The notes under the pieces are model-generated. The model saw nothing but the letters and a program-made list of their open reading frames with translations, searched no databases and was not told where the DNA came from. A stretch of 55,964 nt of DNA from Oscillospiraceae bacterium (lineage in GTDB: Bacteria > Bacillota > Clostridia > Oscillospirales > Oscillospiraceae). Both the position numbers and the translations under genes were made by a program. Shown here in pieces: positions 43,068-53,443 of the stretch. Where the stretch lies: positions 1-55,964 of the forward strand of contig JAGBVD010000056.1 in NCBI GenBank assembly GCA_017630495.1, in the 5' to 3' direction. Position 1 is the stretch's first letter. Each line of letters starts with the position of its first letter.

Positions 43068-44102
43068 TTATTGCTTGTTTTCCTTCGTATATTTGCGCCG
43101 CAGCTGCCCGCAGGAAGCGTCAATATCGCTGCCTAACGTGCGGCGCACAGTGGCGGGAATGCCACCATCTTCCAGCAGCTTCTGGAACTGCTGTACCGCC
43201 TGTCGGGTGCTGGGCTTTAAAGGACTTTCCTCCACATGATTCAGTGGGATCAGATTCATATGGGCAGGCAATCCTTTTAATCGCTTGAGTAGTATTTTTG
43301 CCGCCTCCGGGGTGTCATTGACACCGTTGATCATTGCATACTCAAAGGAGATGCGGCGGCCGGTCTTTTCATAGTAGCGCCGGCAGGCGGCAATCAGCTC
43401 CTCCGAGGAGTAGGCCTTGTTCACCGGCATAATGGTGTTGCGGATCTCATCTGTAGGCGCGTGTAGAGAAATGGACAAGGTAAGCTGCAATTTCTTTTGC
43501 GCCAGCTTGTCGATTCCCGGTACAAGACCACAGGTGGAAAGGCTGATGTGACGCATGGAGATGTTCATTCCATCCGGGCTGTTGACCAGTTCCAGAAAGC
43601 GCATCACATTGTCAAAATTGTCCAGCGGCTCGCCAATGCCCATCAAGACGATGTGAGAAATCGGCAGACCCGAGTCAATCTGGGTAAAGAGCACCTGATC
43701 CAGCATTTCAAAAGGCTCCAGCTTGCGCACCAGACCGCCCAGGGTGGAGGCGCAGAAGGCGCAGCCCATACGGCAGCCTACCTCCGTGGAAATGCATACG
43801 GTATTGCCGTAATGATAGCGCATCAGTACCGTTTCCACGCAGTTGCCGTCAGAAAGCTCCCACAGATATTTAATTGTGCCATCTTTTTTAGACTCCTGCT
43901 TGCGAACTACCTGCGGGATATGCAGAGGATACTTTTCTGCCAGGCAGTCCCGGAGGGCTTTGGGCAGATTGGTCATCTCCTCATAACTGCGCACACCGCT
44001 GTGCAGCCAGGTAAAGACCTGCTTGCCACGAAAGGCTGGCTGGCCCATTTCTTTCATTACCTGGCCGATTTCCGGCAGGGTCATCGATTTGAGTTGGCTC
44101 AT
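43068..44102 (-). CDS. rlmN: 23S rRNA/tRNA adenine C2-methyltransferase RlmN
   Basis: CRMGCAFC radical-SAM motif, MGIGEPL, SLHA, DIDASCGQL. Start ATG 44102. Confidence 0.96.
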   Translation of the reverse strand: MSQLKSMTLPEIGQVMKEMGQPAFRGKQVFTWLHSGVRSYEEMTNLPKALRDCLAEKYPLHIPQVVRKQESKKDGTIKYLWELSDGNCVETVLMRYHYGNTVCISTEVGCRMGCAFCASTLGGLVRKLEPFEMLDQVLFTQIDSGLPISHIVLMGIGEPLDNFDNVMRFLELVNSPDGMNISMRHISLSTCGLVPGIDKLAQKKLQLTLSISLHAPTDEIRNTIMPVNKAYSSEELIAACRRYYEKTGRRISFEYAMINGVNDTPEAAKILLKRLKGLPAHMNLIPLNHVEESPLKPSTRQAVQQFQKLLEDGGIPATVRRTLGSDIDASCGQLRRKYTKENKQ

Positions 44103-44103
44103 A

Positions 44104-45408
44104 TTACTTCCTTCTGAGACGGCAGATAAAGAAGCCGTCGGTGTCATACTCTCCCGGCACAAGGGTCAGCATCGCATTTTCCTTTTGGGAGAATTTCTCC
44201 GGCAGGGGCAGCGTTTCCAAGGTAAATTCCGGATTTTCCTGCAAAAACGCTTCCACAACACCCTCATTTTCCGCCCGGACCAAGGTGCAGGTGGAATACA
44301 TCAGCACGCCGCCGGGTTTTACATACCGGGCCTGGTTTTTCAGAATTGCCAGCTGCAGCCGGGGCAAGTCCTTCATAGTAGCCGGGTCTTTATAGCGGAT
44401 GTCCGGTTTCTTGCGGATAATGCCATAGCCGGAGCAAGGCACATCGGCAATCACCACATCCATTTTCTCATTCCATTCTTCCCTGTTTTGGGATGCGTCC
44501 TGCACCAGGGCCGTTACATTGGTAAGGCCCAGCCGCTGGGCACCGGACTGGATGAGCGCGATTTTATGTTCGTGGATGTCGCAGGAAATCGTCTGACCTG
44601 CTCCATCCATAGCCGCTGCAAAGGTCTTTCCGCCAGGGGCTGCACAGCAATCCAGCACCTTCGCGCCCTGGGGAATGTTTGCGCACAAAACACTCAGCCG
44701 GGCCGCTGCGTCCTGCACATAAAAAAGTCCCTGTTGGAAAGCATCCAGCTGCTCCAGATTGCCTGCACCGGAAAGAAGGAAACAGTTTGGCAGCCAGTGG
44801 TGGCTTTCCACCGTAACACCTTCCCGGGTAAGCAGCTGCTGTAACTGCTGGGCCGTGGTTTTCAGGGTGTTGACCTGGATTACAATGGCAGTTTCCTGAT
44901 TGTTTGCAGATAGCATAGGCTCCAGTTTTTCTTTTCCCACATAGCTTTCCAGCAAATCGATCAGTTCCTGGGGGTGGGAGTATTTGTCCTGAAGGGTCTT
45001 TGGCTCCGAAAGTGTTCCCTTGGTACGCACCGCATTTCGCAGCACTGCATTGACCAGCGATGCCGCCCGGGGATTCTTTGCGCAATATTTCTTGGTTAAT
45101 ATAACAGACTCATTCACCGCCGCATTGGCAGGAATCTTGTCCATTTCGTAAATTTGGTACAAACCCAGCTGCAAAATATCGTGCACTGCCGGGTGCAGAT
45201 TTTTGAGCTTTCCCGTCAGCAGCTGTTTGAGATAAAAGTCCAGCTTTGCCCGGTTTTGCAGTACACCGTAGCACAACCGCGCTGCCAGCGCAGCCTCTCT
45301 GCGGTCCAGCTTATCCCGGTTTGTGTATTCCTTCAAAATGCCGTTTGACCAGGCACCGTTTTTCCGGCAGGCAATCAGCACATTGAGGGCCGTTTCTCTG
45401 GCTCCCAT
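44104..45408 (-). CDS. rsmB: 16S rRNA m5C967 methyltransferase
   Basis: N-terminal NusB-like domain; DCCAAPGGKT, DVPCSG, YSTCT, DGFFIC. Confidence 0.95.
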   Translation of the reverse strand: MGARETALNVLIACRKNGAWSNGILKEYTNRDKLDRREAALAARLCYGVLQNRAKLDFYLKQLLTGKLKNLHPAVHDILQLGLYQIYEMDKIPANAAVNESVILTKKYCAKNPRAASLVNAVLRNAVRTKGTLSEPKTLQDKYSHPQELIDLLESYVGKEKLEPMLSANNQETAIVIQVNTLKTTAQQLQQLLTREGVTVESHHWLPNCFLLSGAGNLEQLDAFQQGLFYVQDAAARLSVLCANIPQGAKVLDCCAAPGGKTFAAAMDGAGQTISCDIHEHKIALIQSGAQRLGLTNVTALVQDASQNREEWNEKMDVVIADVPCSGYGIIRKKPDIRYKDPATMKDLPRLQLAILKNQARYVKPGGVLMYSTCTLVRAENEGVVEAFLQENPEFTLETLPLPEKFSQKENAMLTLVPGEYDTDGFFICRLRRK

Positions 45409-45409
45409 A

Positions 45410-46324
45410 TCAGGCCTCCAGAGGATGTCCCCGGAAATAGTCCGGTGCCGCCAAACGCTTACCGCCCTCTGCCTGCAAAATGCGGATTTCTACCGCACCC
45501 TCGGCGCAGGCGATCTGAAGACCGGTTTTGGTCAATCCCAAAATCGCACCGGGAGCAGAGCCGGGTTTTCCTTCCACAATGACAGTGGAATAGATTTTAA
45601 AACGGTTGCCGCCAATCTGCGCAGTTGCCACCGGCCAGGGATTCATTCCCCGGACGTGATTATGCACCTGCTGGGCAGTTTTGTTCCAGTCAATGGGACA
45701 CATCGTTTTGTCCAGCATCGGCGCGTAGGTTGCCAATGCGTGGTCCTGGGCCGTTGCAGTAACGCTGCCTTCTTCGATTTTTCCCAATGTTTCGCTTAAC
45801 AGATCCGCACCCAAAACAGCCAATCTGTCCAGCAATTCACCGGCAGTTTCCTCCGGGCCGATGGGAGTCTTGGAAACGGCGATCATATCGCCGGCATCCA
45901 TTTCCCGGCACAGATACATTGCTGTCACACCGGTCTCGGTAAGGCCGTCCAGCACCGCCCACTGATAGGGAGCAGAGCCGCGGTAGCTGGGCAAAATACT
46001 GGCGTGGATGTTGATGCAGCCCTTCGGTGGGATATCCAGTACGCTCTGGGGCAGAATCCGGCCATAGGCCACCACCGCCACCACATCCGGCTGCAAATCC
46101 GCCAGCGTCTGCACCGTTTCCGGGTCTTTAAAATTCTCCGGCTGATACACCGGGATCTCGTGGGCCAATGCCACTTCCTTTACCGGAGAAAAGGCAAGCT
46201 TCATACCCCGGTTTTTGGGCCGGTCCGGCTGCGTGTAGACACCCACCACCTGGAAACCATCTGCAATTATCTTTTCTAAACAGGTAGCCGCAATGTCAGG
46301 CGTTCCCATAAAAACAACACGCAT
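45410..46324 (-). CDS. fmt: Methionyl-tRNA formyltransferase
   Basis: FMGTPD, TQPDRP, VVAYG, INIHASILP.YRGSAP, MDAGD. Confidence 0.97.
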   Translation of the reverse strand: MRVVFMGTPDIAATCLEKIIADGFQVVGVYTQPDRPKNRGMKLAFSPVKEVALAHEIPVYQPENFKDPETVQTLADLQPDVVAVVAYGRILPQSVLDIPPKGCINIHASILPSYRGSAPYQWAVLDGLTETGVTAMYLCREMDAGDMIAVSKTPIGPEETAGELLDRLAVLGADLLSETLGKIEEGSVTATAQDHALATYAPMLDKTMCPIDWNKTAQQVHNHVRGMNPWPVATAQIGGNRFKIYSTVIVEGKPGSAPGAILGLTKTGLQIACAEGAVEIRILQAEGGKRLAAPDYFRGHPLEA

Positions 46325-46342
46325 CCAAAACCCTCCGCAATT

Positions 46343-46816
46343 TTAATCTTCCAAACCCAATTCCTCATCGGTGAGGAACCGTTCCATAACCTCTGTGTAA
46401 ATAATGCCATCCAGGTGGTCCAGTTCGTGGCAGAAGCACCGGGCGATCAGTTCCTCTCCCTCTGCTTCATACCAGTTTCCGTTGCGGTCCTGGGCCCGCA
46501 CCTTTGCATAGTAGGGGCGCTTGACCAAGCCGTACCGGCCAGGTACACTCAGGCAGCCTTCCGCGCCTTCCTGCTCCCCGTCCGTTTCCACCAGGGTAGG
46601 ATTGATCAATTCCAGAATCTCCTCACCGGTGTCCACCAGGACAACTCTGCGCAGAATTCCCACCTGGGGCGCGGCCAGGCCGACACCCTGGGAATCGATC
46701 AAAGTTTCCCGCATATCTTCCAAAAGGCTGTGCAGCCGTCCATCGAATTTTTCCACCGGTTTACAAACCTTATGCAATGCAGGTTCAGCATCTGTCAATA
46801 TTTTACGCAGTCCCAT
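46343..46816 (-). CDS. def: Peptide deformylase
   Basis: GVGLAAPQVG, EGCLS, HELDHLDG. Confidence 0.97.
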   Translation of the reverse strand: MGLRKILTDAEPALHKVCKPVEKFDGRLHSLLEDMRETLIDSQGVGLAAPQVGILRRVVLVDTGEEILELINPTLVETDGEQEGAEGCLSVPGRYGLVKRPYYAKVRAQDRNGNWYEAEGEELIARCFCHELDHLDGIIYTEVMERFLTDEELGLED

Positions 46817-46828
46817 ACAATCCATCCT

Positions 46829-49276
46829 TTAATCGTAACCGTTTACATCCACAAACGCAGATACGCCCCGATTCTCCCGGTCCTGGGAGAACTGCCGCAG
46901 CAAGTGGGCCACCAGCAGCCGCAGAGCTTTGTCCATACGACCCTGGAGTGTCAGGCGATAACGGTAGTTATAATTGATTTTCGGCACCGGGCAAGGGGCA
47001 GGTCCCAATACACTGCAGTCCGATGTCGCATATTCCGGTTGTTTCAGGCAAGCCACCAGACTATCCCGGAATTTCACCGCGCCCCGGAGCAGCTTTCCCT
47101 CATCCTCACCGGTAAAGGTCACTGTTGCCAAATCCCCGAAGGGTGGGCGCTTTTGCATTTTACGCAGCTGGACCTCCAGCTGGTAAAAGCCATCATAATC
47201 CTGTTGGGCCGCCAAAGTAATGATCCGGTGCTGGGGTACCATCGTCTGGATCATCGCCTGGCCGGCGGTATCACCGCGGCCGGCTCTGCCCACCACCTGG
47301 GTGAGCATATTGAAGGTGGTTTCCGCAGCCCGGTAATTGTCTGTGTACAGACTCAAATCCGCATCCAGAACACCCACCAGCGTCACATCCGGCAAGTTCA
47401 GGCCCTTGGCCACCATTTGAGTGCCAAGCAGCACAGGAATTTTCTCCTGCTTGAACTTTTCCAGAATTTTTTCGTGGGTGTTCACCGCGCTGACGGTATC
47501 TGTATCCGTACGCTGGATTTCCATACCGGGAAACACACTTTCCAGCTCCTGCTGCACCTTTTGGGTGCCGGTGCCTACCCGTTTTAACGCGCCCTCACAC
47601 TTGGGGCAACGGGTGGGCGCATACTGGGAGTAGCCACAGTAGTGGCACATCAGCCGCTCATTGGCGCTGTGATAGGTCAGTCTTGCGTTGCAGCGGGGAC
47701 ATTCCGGAGATTCCCGGCAATCCACGCACACCAGAGCACGGCTGTTGCCCCGACGGTTCAGAAACAGAATGGTCTGTTTTCCGTCCTGGCAGGTCTGGCC
47801 GATGGCATCCTGCAAGCGATAGCTAACGGAAAGGTCGTTGCCCATTTGGGGTTCTTGCCGCATATCCACGATCTCCACCTTGGGAAGCGGCTTTCCGTTA
47901 TATCTTTCCTTCAGCGTGTAGAGCTGATAAATACCGGACTTGGCATAAAACATCGTCTCCACAGAAGGGGTAGCCGAGCCAAGCAGCACCAGCGCCTTTT
48001 CCTTTGCGCCGCGCCACAAGGCCACTTCCCTGGCATCGTACCGGGGCGCATTTTCCGACTTATAGGAGTGCTCCTGCTCTTCGTCCAAAATGATCAGCTT
48101 CAGTTTTTTGCAAGGGGCAAATACCGCCGAGCGAGTACCGACCACAACACCGGCCTCACCGGAGCGGATCCGTTTCCACTGATCGTAACGCTCTGTGGCC
48201 GGAAGACTGCTGTGCAGCACCGCCACCTGGTCTCCAAAGTAAGCCGCCAGCAAACCCAGCAGCTGGGGTGTCAGAGCGATCTCCGGGACAAGCAGCATTG
48301 CCTGCTGACCTGCGTCCAGACACTTGCGAATCAAGCGAATGTACACAGAAGTTTTTCCCGATCCGGTAACACCGTAAAGCAGTGCCTTTCCCGGATCTTC
48401 CCCGGCCAGTTGGGCGCACAAACCATCAAAAACAGCCTGTTGCTTTTCGTTGAGGATCAGTTCACCGCTGATTTGCGCCGGACGGATCTCCCGGCATCGC
48501 AAGATCGGCTTTTCCGTCAGTTCCAGATAGCCAAGCTCTGCCAGGCGATTGACTGTGGACGGTTTTGCACCGGTGTAATAGCAGATCTCCTTCACCGGAG
48601 CGCTACCCACTGTGCATATCAGCTCCAAAACCGCTCTTTGCATTGCCGCTGACTTGGGACGGCTGATGGCATAAGCGTGAGCCGCCTCTGTAGCAACAGC
48701 CAGGGTGGCGATCTTCTCGGTTTTGTCATTTGTCCGCTGGGAAAAATCCCTTTGGGCAGATATCCATTTCTTTCGCAGAAGATACTTCACTGCCTTTTCA
48801 AAGGCTTCTTCATCAGCAACCGCATCCTGCAAAATCGGACCGTCACAGCAGCCGCCGCAGTCTTGCAGCATCCGTAAAATCAAAGCTGCACCGGCGTCTC
48901 TGGGCGGTTTTTCCTGCCAGGATATGTCCTCTGTCAGCCGGTAGCTATCCTTGGTTTGAAACCACAGACCGGCAGGCAGCATCGTGCGCACCGCCTCATA
49001 GAAGGTGCAAAAGTATCGCTGCTGCAAAAAGGCCGCCAAACGCAGCATCGTATCCGAAAGGACCGGCTCTTTGTCCAGAGCGCAGGAAACAGCCTTCAGC
49101 GAGCCCTGCTCTCCTTCCTCCACGGCCAGCACAACACCTTCGGCAGCGCGGTTGCTTCTGCCAAAAGGCACTTGCACACGCATACCGGGCTCAAGTGCGA
49201 TCTCCTCCGGAACAAAGTAAGAGTAGGGCTTGTCAATGGCAAAGTTTGCTGCAGAAACAGCAATTTTAGCGATCAT
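46829..49276 (-). CDS. priA: Primosomal protein N' (replication restart helicase)
   Basis: GVTGSGKT, VPEIALT, DEEQE, LGSATPS, four CxxC pairs, GTQMVAKG, QVVGRAGR. ATG 49276 after AAGGAG. Confidence 0.96.
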   Translation of the reverse strand: MIAKIAVSAANFAIDKPYSYFVPEEIALEPGMRVQVPFGRSNRAAEGVVLAVEEGEQGSLKAVSCALDKEPVLSDTMLRLAAFLQQRYFCTFYEAVRTMLPAGLWFQTKDSYRLTEDISWQEKPPRDAGAALILRMLQDCGGCCDGPILQDAVADEEAFEKAVKYLLRKKWISAQRDFSQRTNDKTEKIATLAVATEAAHAYAISRPKSAAMQRAVLELICTVGSAPVKEICYYTGAKPSTVNRLAELGYLELTEKPILRCREIRPAQISGELILNEKQQAVFDGLCAQLAGEDPGKALLYGVTGSGKTSVYIRLIRKCLDAGQQAMLLVPEIALTPQLLGLLAAYFGDQVAVLHSSLPATERYDQWKRIRSGEAGVVVGTRSAVFAPCKKLKLIILDEEQEHSYKSENAPRYDAREVALWRGAKEKALVLLGSATPSVETMFYAKSGIYQLYTLKERYNGKPLPKVEIVDMRQEPQMGNDLSVSYRLQDAIGQTCQDGKQTILFLNRRGNSRALVCVDCRESPECPRCNARLTYHSANERLMCHYCGYSQYAPTRCPKCEGALKRVGTGTQKVQQELESVFPGMEIQRTDTDTVSAVNTHEKILEKFKQEKIPVLLGTQMVAKGLNLPDVTLVGVLDADLSLYTDNYRAAETTFNMLTQVVGRAGRGDTAGQAMIQTMVPQHRIITLAAQQDYDGFYQLEVQLRKMQKRPPFGDLATVTFTGEDEGKLLRGAVKFRDSLVACLKQPEYATSDCSVLGPAPCPVPKINYNYRYRLTLQGRMDKALRLLVAHLLRQFSQDRENRGVSAFVDVNGYD

Positions 49277-49294
49277 ACAGCCCACTCCTTTACA

Positions 49295-49501
49295 TTATTT
49301 TGCGTATTCTTCCTTCAAGCTTGCTGTCAGCTTGCCGTCAGCAACTTCACGGATCGCCAGGGTCACCGGCTTTTCGGTCAGTTCTTCCTGGTTAGCCTCT
49401 GCCTCCTCGGCGATCTGTCTTGCCCGCTGGGCAACCACATTGACCAGAAGATAGCGGCTGTAAACATTCTTCAGCAAATCTGCTACAGGGGGGTAAAGCA
49501 T
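49295..49501 (-). CDS. rpoZ: RNA polymerase omega subunit
   Basis: MLYP, SRYLLV..VAQRAR, KPV..A..E; lies between gmk and priA. Confidence 0.93.
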   Translation of the reverse strand: MLYPPVADLLKNVYSRYLLVNVVAQRARQIAEEAEANQEELTEKPVTLAIREVADGKLTASLKEEYAK

Positions 49502-49527
49502 AAGATATTTCCTCCAATTTCCTTGGT

Positions 49528-50079
49528 TTATTTACCAATTTCTTTTTCGATAATATTGAGTATCTGCTGTGCGCAGGTATCCACTTGATCGTTTGTCACT
49601 AAATAGTTATACTGCTTGGACTGCTCCATTTCCCAACGGACCCGGTCCAGGCGAAGGGCGATCTGCTGCTCCGAGGTATCTCCCCGGCCACGCAGCCGAC
49701 GCTCCAACTCCTCCATAGAGGGAGGGGCAATGAAGATCAGCACCGCTTCAGGCCAATGCTTGCGGACATTAAATGCGCCGTTGGGCTCAATGTCCAGCAC
49801 CAGACTGCCATTTTGCAGCTTTTCCAGCTGATTTTTGGGCGTGCCATAGTAGTTACCCATATGGGCATCATATTCCAGGAACGCATCTTCTTGAATCATC
49901 TGTTCAAAAGCTTCCTTGGAAACAAAGTAATAGCTCTGGCCGTCGATCTCGCCGGGGCGAGGCGCGCGGGTTGTGGCAGAAACGGAAAAATGCAGATCTT
50001 CCCGTGTCTTCATCACCTTTGTCAGCACAGTGCTTTTGCCTACACCGGAGGCACCGGAAAATACAAACAGCTTACCCAT
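49528..50079 (-). CDS. gmk: Guanylate kinase
   Basis: SGASGVGKST, SATTRAPRPGE, YYGT, RLRGRG. Confidence 0.96.
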   Translation of the reverse strand: MGKLFVFSGASGVGKSTVLTKVMKTREDLHFSVSATTRAPRPGEIDGQSYYFVSKEAFEQMIQEDAFLEYDAHMGNYYGTPKNQLEKLQNGSLVLDIEPNGAFNVRKHWPEAVLIFIAPPSMEELERRLRGRGDTSEQQIALRLDRVRWEMEQSKQYNYLVTNDQVDTCAQQILNIIEKEIGK

Positions 50080-50332
50080 TCGCTTCCTCCTTACCGGTCT
50101 GTTCTGACCAGCGCTGGCCGATCACCTCGGTATTCAGCGCGGAGAGGATCACATGGTCTGTGTCCATCAGGATCACCGACTGGGTCTTACGGCCGTAGGA
50201 TGCATCCACCAGCATTGCCCGTTCCTTTGCTTCCTGCACAACGCGCTTAATGGGAGCGGAATCCGGGTCCACCACCGCAAGCACACGATTTGCGGCTACC
50301 AAGCTTCCAAAACCAATGTTGATAAATTTCAT
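50072..50332 (-). CDS. remA: RemA / DUF370 family protein
   Basis: INIGFG, SAPIKR, LVDASYGRKT..VI..D.DHVILSA. Confidence 0.88.
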   Translation of the reverse strand: MKFINIGFGSLVAANRVLAVVDPDSAPIKRVVQEAKERAMLVDASYGRKTQSVILMDTDHVILSALNTEVIGQRWSEQTGKEEANG

Positions 50333-50341
50333 AGGCGCCTC

Positions 50342-51226
50342 TTACTCTATGTTCTGGGTCTGTTCCCGAATCTTTTCCAGTTCTGCCTTCATATCCACCA
50401 CGATCCGCGCCAGCTTCACATCGGTGCACTTGGAGCCGATGGTGTTGGTCTCCCGGTTCATTTCCTGCAGCAGGAAATCCAGCTTTCTGCCCACCGGGCC
50501 ACTGCCGGAGAGCATGGTGTTCATCTGCTCCAGGTGGCTGCGCAGGCGAACGGTTTCTTCATCCACCGCAACCTTGTCCGCAAAAATAGCGGCCTCGGTC
50601 AGAATGCGGCTTTCGTCGATGGCCTTATCCTCCAGCACTTCCCGGATCTTTGCTTCCAGCCGTGTCCGGTAATCAGCCACTGTCTGGCCGTTGCCCTGCT
50701 CCACCTGGGCAACCATTTCCAAAATGCTTTGGCCGCGGCTGCGCAGATCCTTATCCAATGCCTGGCCTTCCACGGTGCGCATGGCATCGTAGGCAGCCAG
50801 TGCCTTGTCCACCACAAGCTTCAGATCAGAGAGCAGCTGCTCCTCATCCACCTCCGGTTTTTCAATGACGAAAACCTCCGGCAGCCGGGAAACAGTGGAA
50901 ACGCTGATATCGTCCTTTACGCCAAACTGCTCAACCATTTGGTGCATTGCATCCAGATAGCCCTGCAGCACCGGTCCGTTAAGACTGACGCTGGTTTCCT
51001 CACCACCTTCGGTGCGCAAGGAGATGTACACATCCACCTTACCTCTGGAAACAGAAGCCTTTACCGCCTGCTTCACCGCATCCTCTGCAAAGGAGAGAAT
51101 CCGGGGCAAGCGCACACTGCAATCCAGATAGCGGTTATTCACAGAACGGATCTCTACGGTAAATTCTCTGCCGTTCACTGTTTCTACGGCCCGACCGTAG
51201 CCGGTCATACTTTTAATCAAGGTCAT
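50342..51226 (-). CDS. yloC: YicC/YloC-family endoribonuclease
   Basis: SMTGYG, SVNNRYLD, RGKVD, EETVRL.SH, GRKLDFLLQEMNRE.NTIGSK, REQ.QNIE. Confidence 0.93.
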   Translation of the reverse strand: MTLIKSMTGYGRAVETVNGREFTVEIRSVNNRYLDCSVRLPRILSFAEDAVKQAVKASVSRGKVDVYISLRTEGGEETSVSLNGPVLQGYLDAMHQMVEQFGVKDDISVSTVSRLPEVFVIEKPEVDEEQLLSDLKLVVDKALAAYDAMRTVEGQALDKDLRSRGQSILEMVAQVEQGNGQTVADYRTRLEAKIREVLEDKAIDESRILTEAAIFADKVAVDEETVRLRSHLEQMNTMLSGSGPVGRKLDFLLQEMNRETNTIGSKCTDVKLARIVVDMKAELEKIREQTQNIE

Positions 51227-51246
51227 TATCCCCTTTTTATTGATGA

Positions 51247-52464
51247 TTACTTTTCCTTCAGCGTTGCGGAAACGGTATAGCTGCCTACGGCACCTACGCC
51301 GGTAACACTGCTGGTGATCTGGGCATTGAGCTTCACTGTGCCGGGCTTAGTGTCTGTAAAATCAATTACAGCCGTAACATTGGAAGCTTTCAAGCGCGAT
51401 ACCTGGGCCTTGGGGCCGCGGATCTGCACTTCCAGTGCCTCAGTGATCATTTTCGCGTTCATTCCCTCCGGCACATTGATCAGTTCAAAATTGGAAACCC
51501 GAAGGGTCTTTGTTTCCAGACCCTGGAATTGCACGGTGACAGTCGCCTCCGTAACACCCGTTTCATTTTCAATGCCTTCCGGCAGCTTAATAGAGAATGT
51601 AAACACATCGTCCATAGGCACTTCCCGCAAATCGATAGTACCCAACTTGATCTGCTCAATATCCTCCAGCTGGGCTTCGCTGCCGGAAACACGGATGGTT
51701 TGCGGATTGATTTGAACCTCCACGGTATTCTGGGTAGCGCCACCGCCATCCACGATCTCCACACCCAGCTGAACTTCCTTCAGGCGGGCAATACGCAGGG
51801 CCACCATAATCTTGTCCACATTGGTGGTGATCAGTTCTGCATCCACAGCCTCGCCCTTTGCGTCACAAAGGGTATACGCGAAGGATTCGCCAATGCTCTC
51901 GGTGCGTCTGTCGATATCCACATCGATACGCGCTTCCGCGATCTTATCCACAACAGCTTTCGGACCGGCAATTTCCACGTCCGCCGCGCTCAGCTCTCTG
52001 TTTTCCACATCCGCAATGAAGTCCTGGGGCAGTTCTCCCTTATAGTAAAGCTGCACGGGAACAACTTTGCTTGCCCGCTCTGCCACCTCAATGGTAATGG
52101 CAACCGGATTCTGGCTCAGCACGGAGATCGCGCCGGCCGCCACATCGCCGGGGTAAGATGTGGTAAAACGAAGGTTATGGGTTCCGGGATCATAGATCTT
52201 GGACAGATCCGCGGTAAGAACAATATTAGAGCTGTTAAGCTTGTCCAAATCGGAACGGTTTCCTTCCAAATGCAAAGAAACCGTAGGGATCTCCTGGGTG
52301 ATTACCATAAGGCCTCTTTCCCGGAGCAGAGATTCGCCCTGCAAAACCACAGGCACATTGTTGTAGGTTCTGTCTGCATCGGTGTTGACCACGGTAACCA
52401 CATAGGTCCACAATGCCAATGCTACAAGCAGGGACAACAGAGCTGTTACAATCTTACGTTTCAT
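51247..52464 (-). CDS. cdaR: CdaR/YbbR-domain regulator of diadenylate cyclase
   Basis: N-terminal TM (SLLVALALW.YV) plus repeated YbbR-like domains; overlaps the cdaA stop. Confidence 0.85.
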   Translation of the reverse strand: MKRKIVTALLSLLVALALWTYVVTVVNTDADRTYNNVPVVLQGESLLRERGLMVITQEIPTVSLHLEGNRSDLDKLNSSNIVLTADLSKIYDPGTHNLRFTTSYPGDVAAGAISVLSQNPVAITIEVAERASKVVPVQLYYKGELPQDFIADVENRELSAADVEIAGPKAVVDKIAEARIDVDIDRRTESIGESFAYTLCDAKGEAVDAELITTNVDKIMVALRIARLKEVQLGVEIVDGGGATQNTVEVQINPQTIRVSGSEAQLEDIEQIKLGTIDLREVPMDDVFTFSIKLPEGIENETGVTEATVTVQFQGLETKTLRVSNFELINVPEGMNAKMITEALEVQIRGPKAQVSRLKASNVTAVIDFTDTKPGTVKLNAQITSSVTGVGAVGSYTVSATLKEK

Positions 52465-53323
52465 CCTGCTCGTCTCCCTTCTCTTTCTTCTGCAGTTTTT
52501 GCTTCAGCTTAAGTACCAGATTGTCCTCCTGGGTCGTTTCCTCCGGGCAAAGCTCATTGGAAAGCAGGCGTTCCAGGGTTTCCGGTGCCAGGTGTCTTTT
52601 CAGCATACCGCCAACTGCCACAGAGATCGCGCCGGTTTCCTCGGAAACCACCACGACAACCGCGTCGGAAACCTCACTCATACCTACCGCGGCCCGATGG
52701 CGCGTGCCCAGTTCGGCGCTCAGACGGTTTGTATCCGACAAAGGCAGTACACAGCCAGCCACTGTGATGCGACCGTCGCGAATGATCATCGCGCCATCGT
52801 GAAGCATTGCTTTGGGGAAGAACACATTCCGGATCAGCTGCTCCGTTACCTGGGCGTCCATCATCGTACCGGTCTTAAAATATTCCTCCAGACGGCTGTT
52901 GCGGGCAAATACGATGAGTGCACCCACCCGCTCCCGGCTCATACTTTCACAAGCCTTGACTGTCTGGGAAATGACCAGCTGCATATCCTGGCCCTTCTTT
53001 TTGATGTTTAAAAATTCTTTTAGTTTAATATTGCTCACCTGGTCGAGCATACGCCGCAGCTCCGGTTGGAACAGAACAACAATGGCGATCAATCCAACTG
53101 CAAGAAGCTGATCCAGGATGAAATTCAAGGCATTGAGCTGCAAAACCTCCGTCAACCAGGTAAGGCCCAGCACAATGGCCACAAGCCATGCAATTCGCGC
53201 CGTTCCGGTGCTGCGAAAAATCGGCAGCAGCTTGTAAATTAAGAAGGCTACGATAAGCACATCCAGATAGTCCTGCCACTGCAACGCAGGCAGATTTTCA
53301 AGCACAGATCGCAATGAATCCAT
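52454..53323 (-). CDS. cdaA: Diadenylate cyclase CdaA
   Basis: Three TMs, FQPELRR, GALIV, HDGA, GTRHRAA, VSEETG. Start ATG 53323; promoter TTGCTA-17-TATAAT at 53418-53390. Confidence 0.96.
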   Translation of the reverse strand: MDSLRSVLENLPALQWQDYLDVLIVAFLIYKLLPIFRSTGTARIAWLVAIVLGLTWLTEVLQLNALNFILDQLLAVGLIAIVVLFQPELRRMLDQVSNIKLKEFLNIKKKGQDMQLVISQTVKACESMSRERVGALIVFARNSRLEEYFKTGTMMDAQVTEQLIRNVFFPKAMLHDGAMIIRDGRITVAGCVLPLSDTNRLSAELGTRHRAAVGMSEVSDAVVVVVSEETGAISVAVGGMLKRHLAPETLERLLSNELCPEETTQEDNLVLKLKQKLQKKEKGDEQDET

Positions 53324-53443
53324 AATCCCTTCCAACCCCTTTTTTGTGGTATTTTTTCGAATCGGCATAACTAGCCTATTATCTATCCTATTATAGCGGA
53401 TTGGCGGCTATATAGCAAGAGTTATTCAAAAAATTTTTACCTT

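Noticed and set aside
39215-53323. cdaA-cdaR adjoining yloC-remA-gmk-rpoZ-priA-def-fmt-rsmB-rlmN-stp-pknB-rsgA as a novel super-operon
   Set aside because: Both blocks are well-known conserved Firmicute gene orders; nothing unusual in the proteins.
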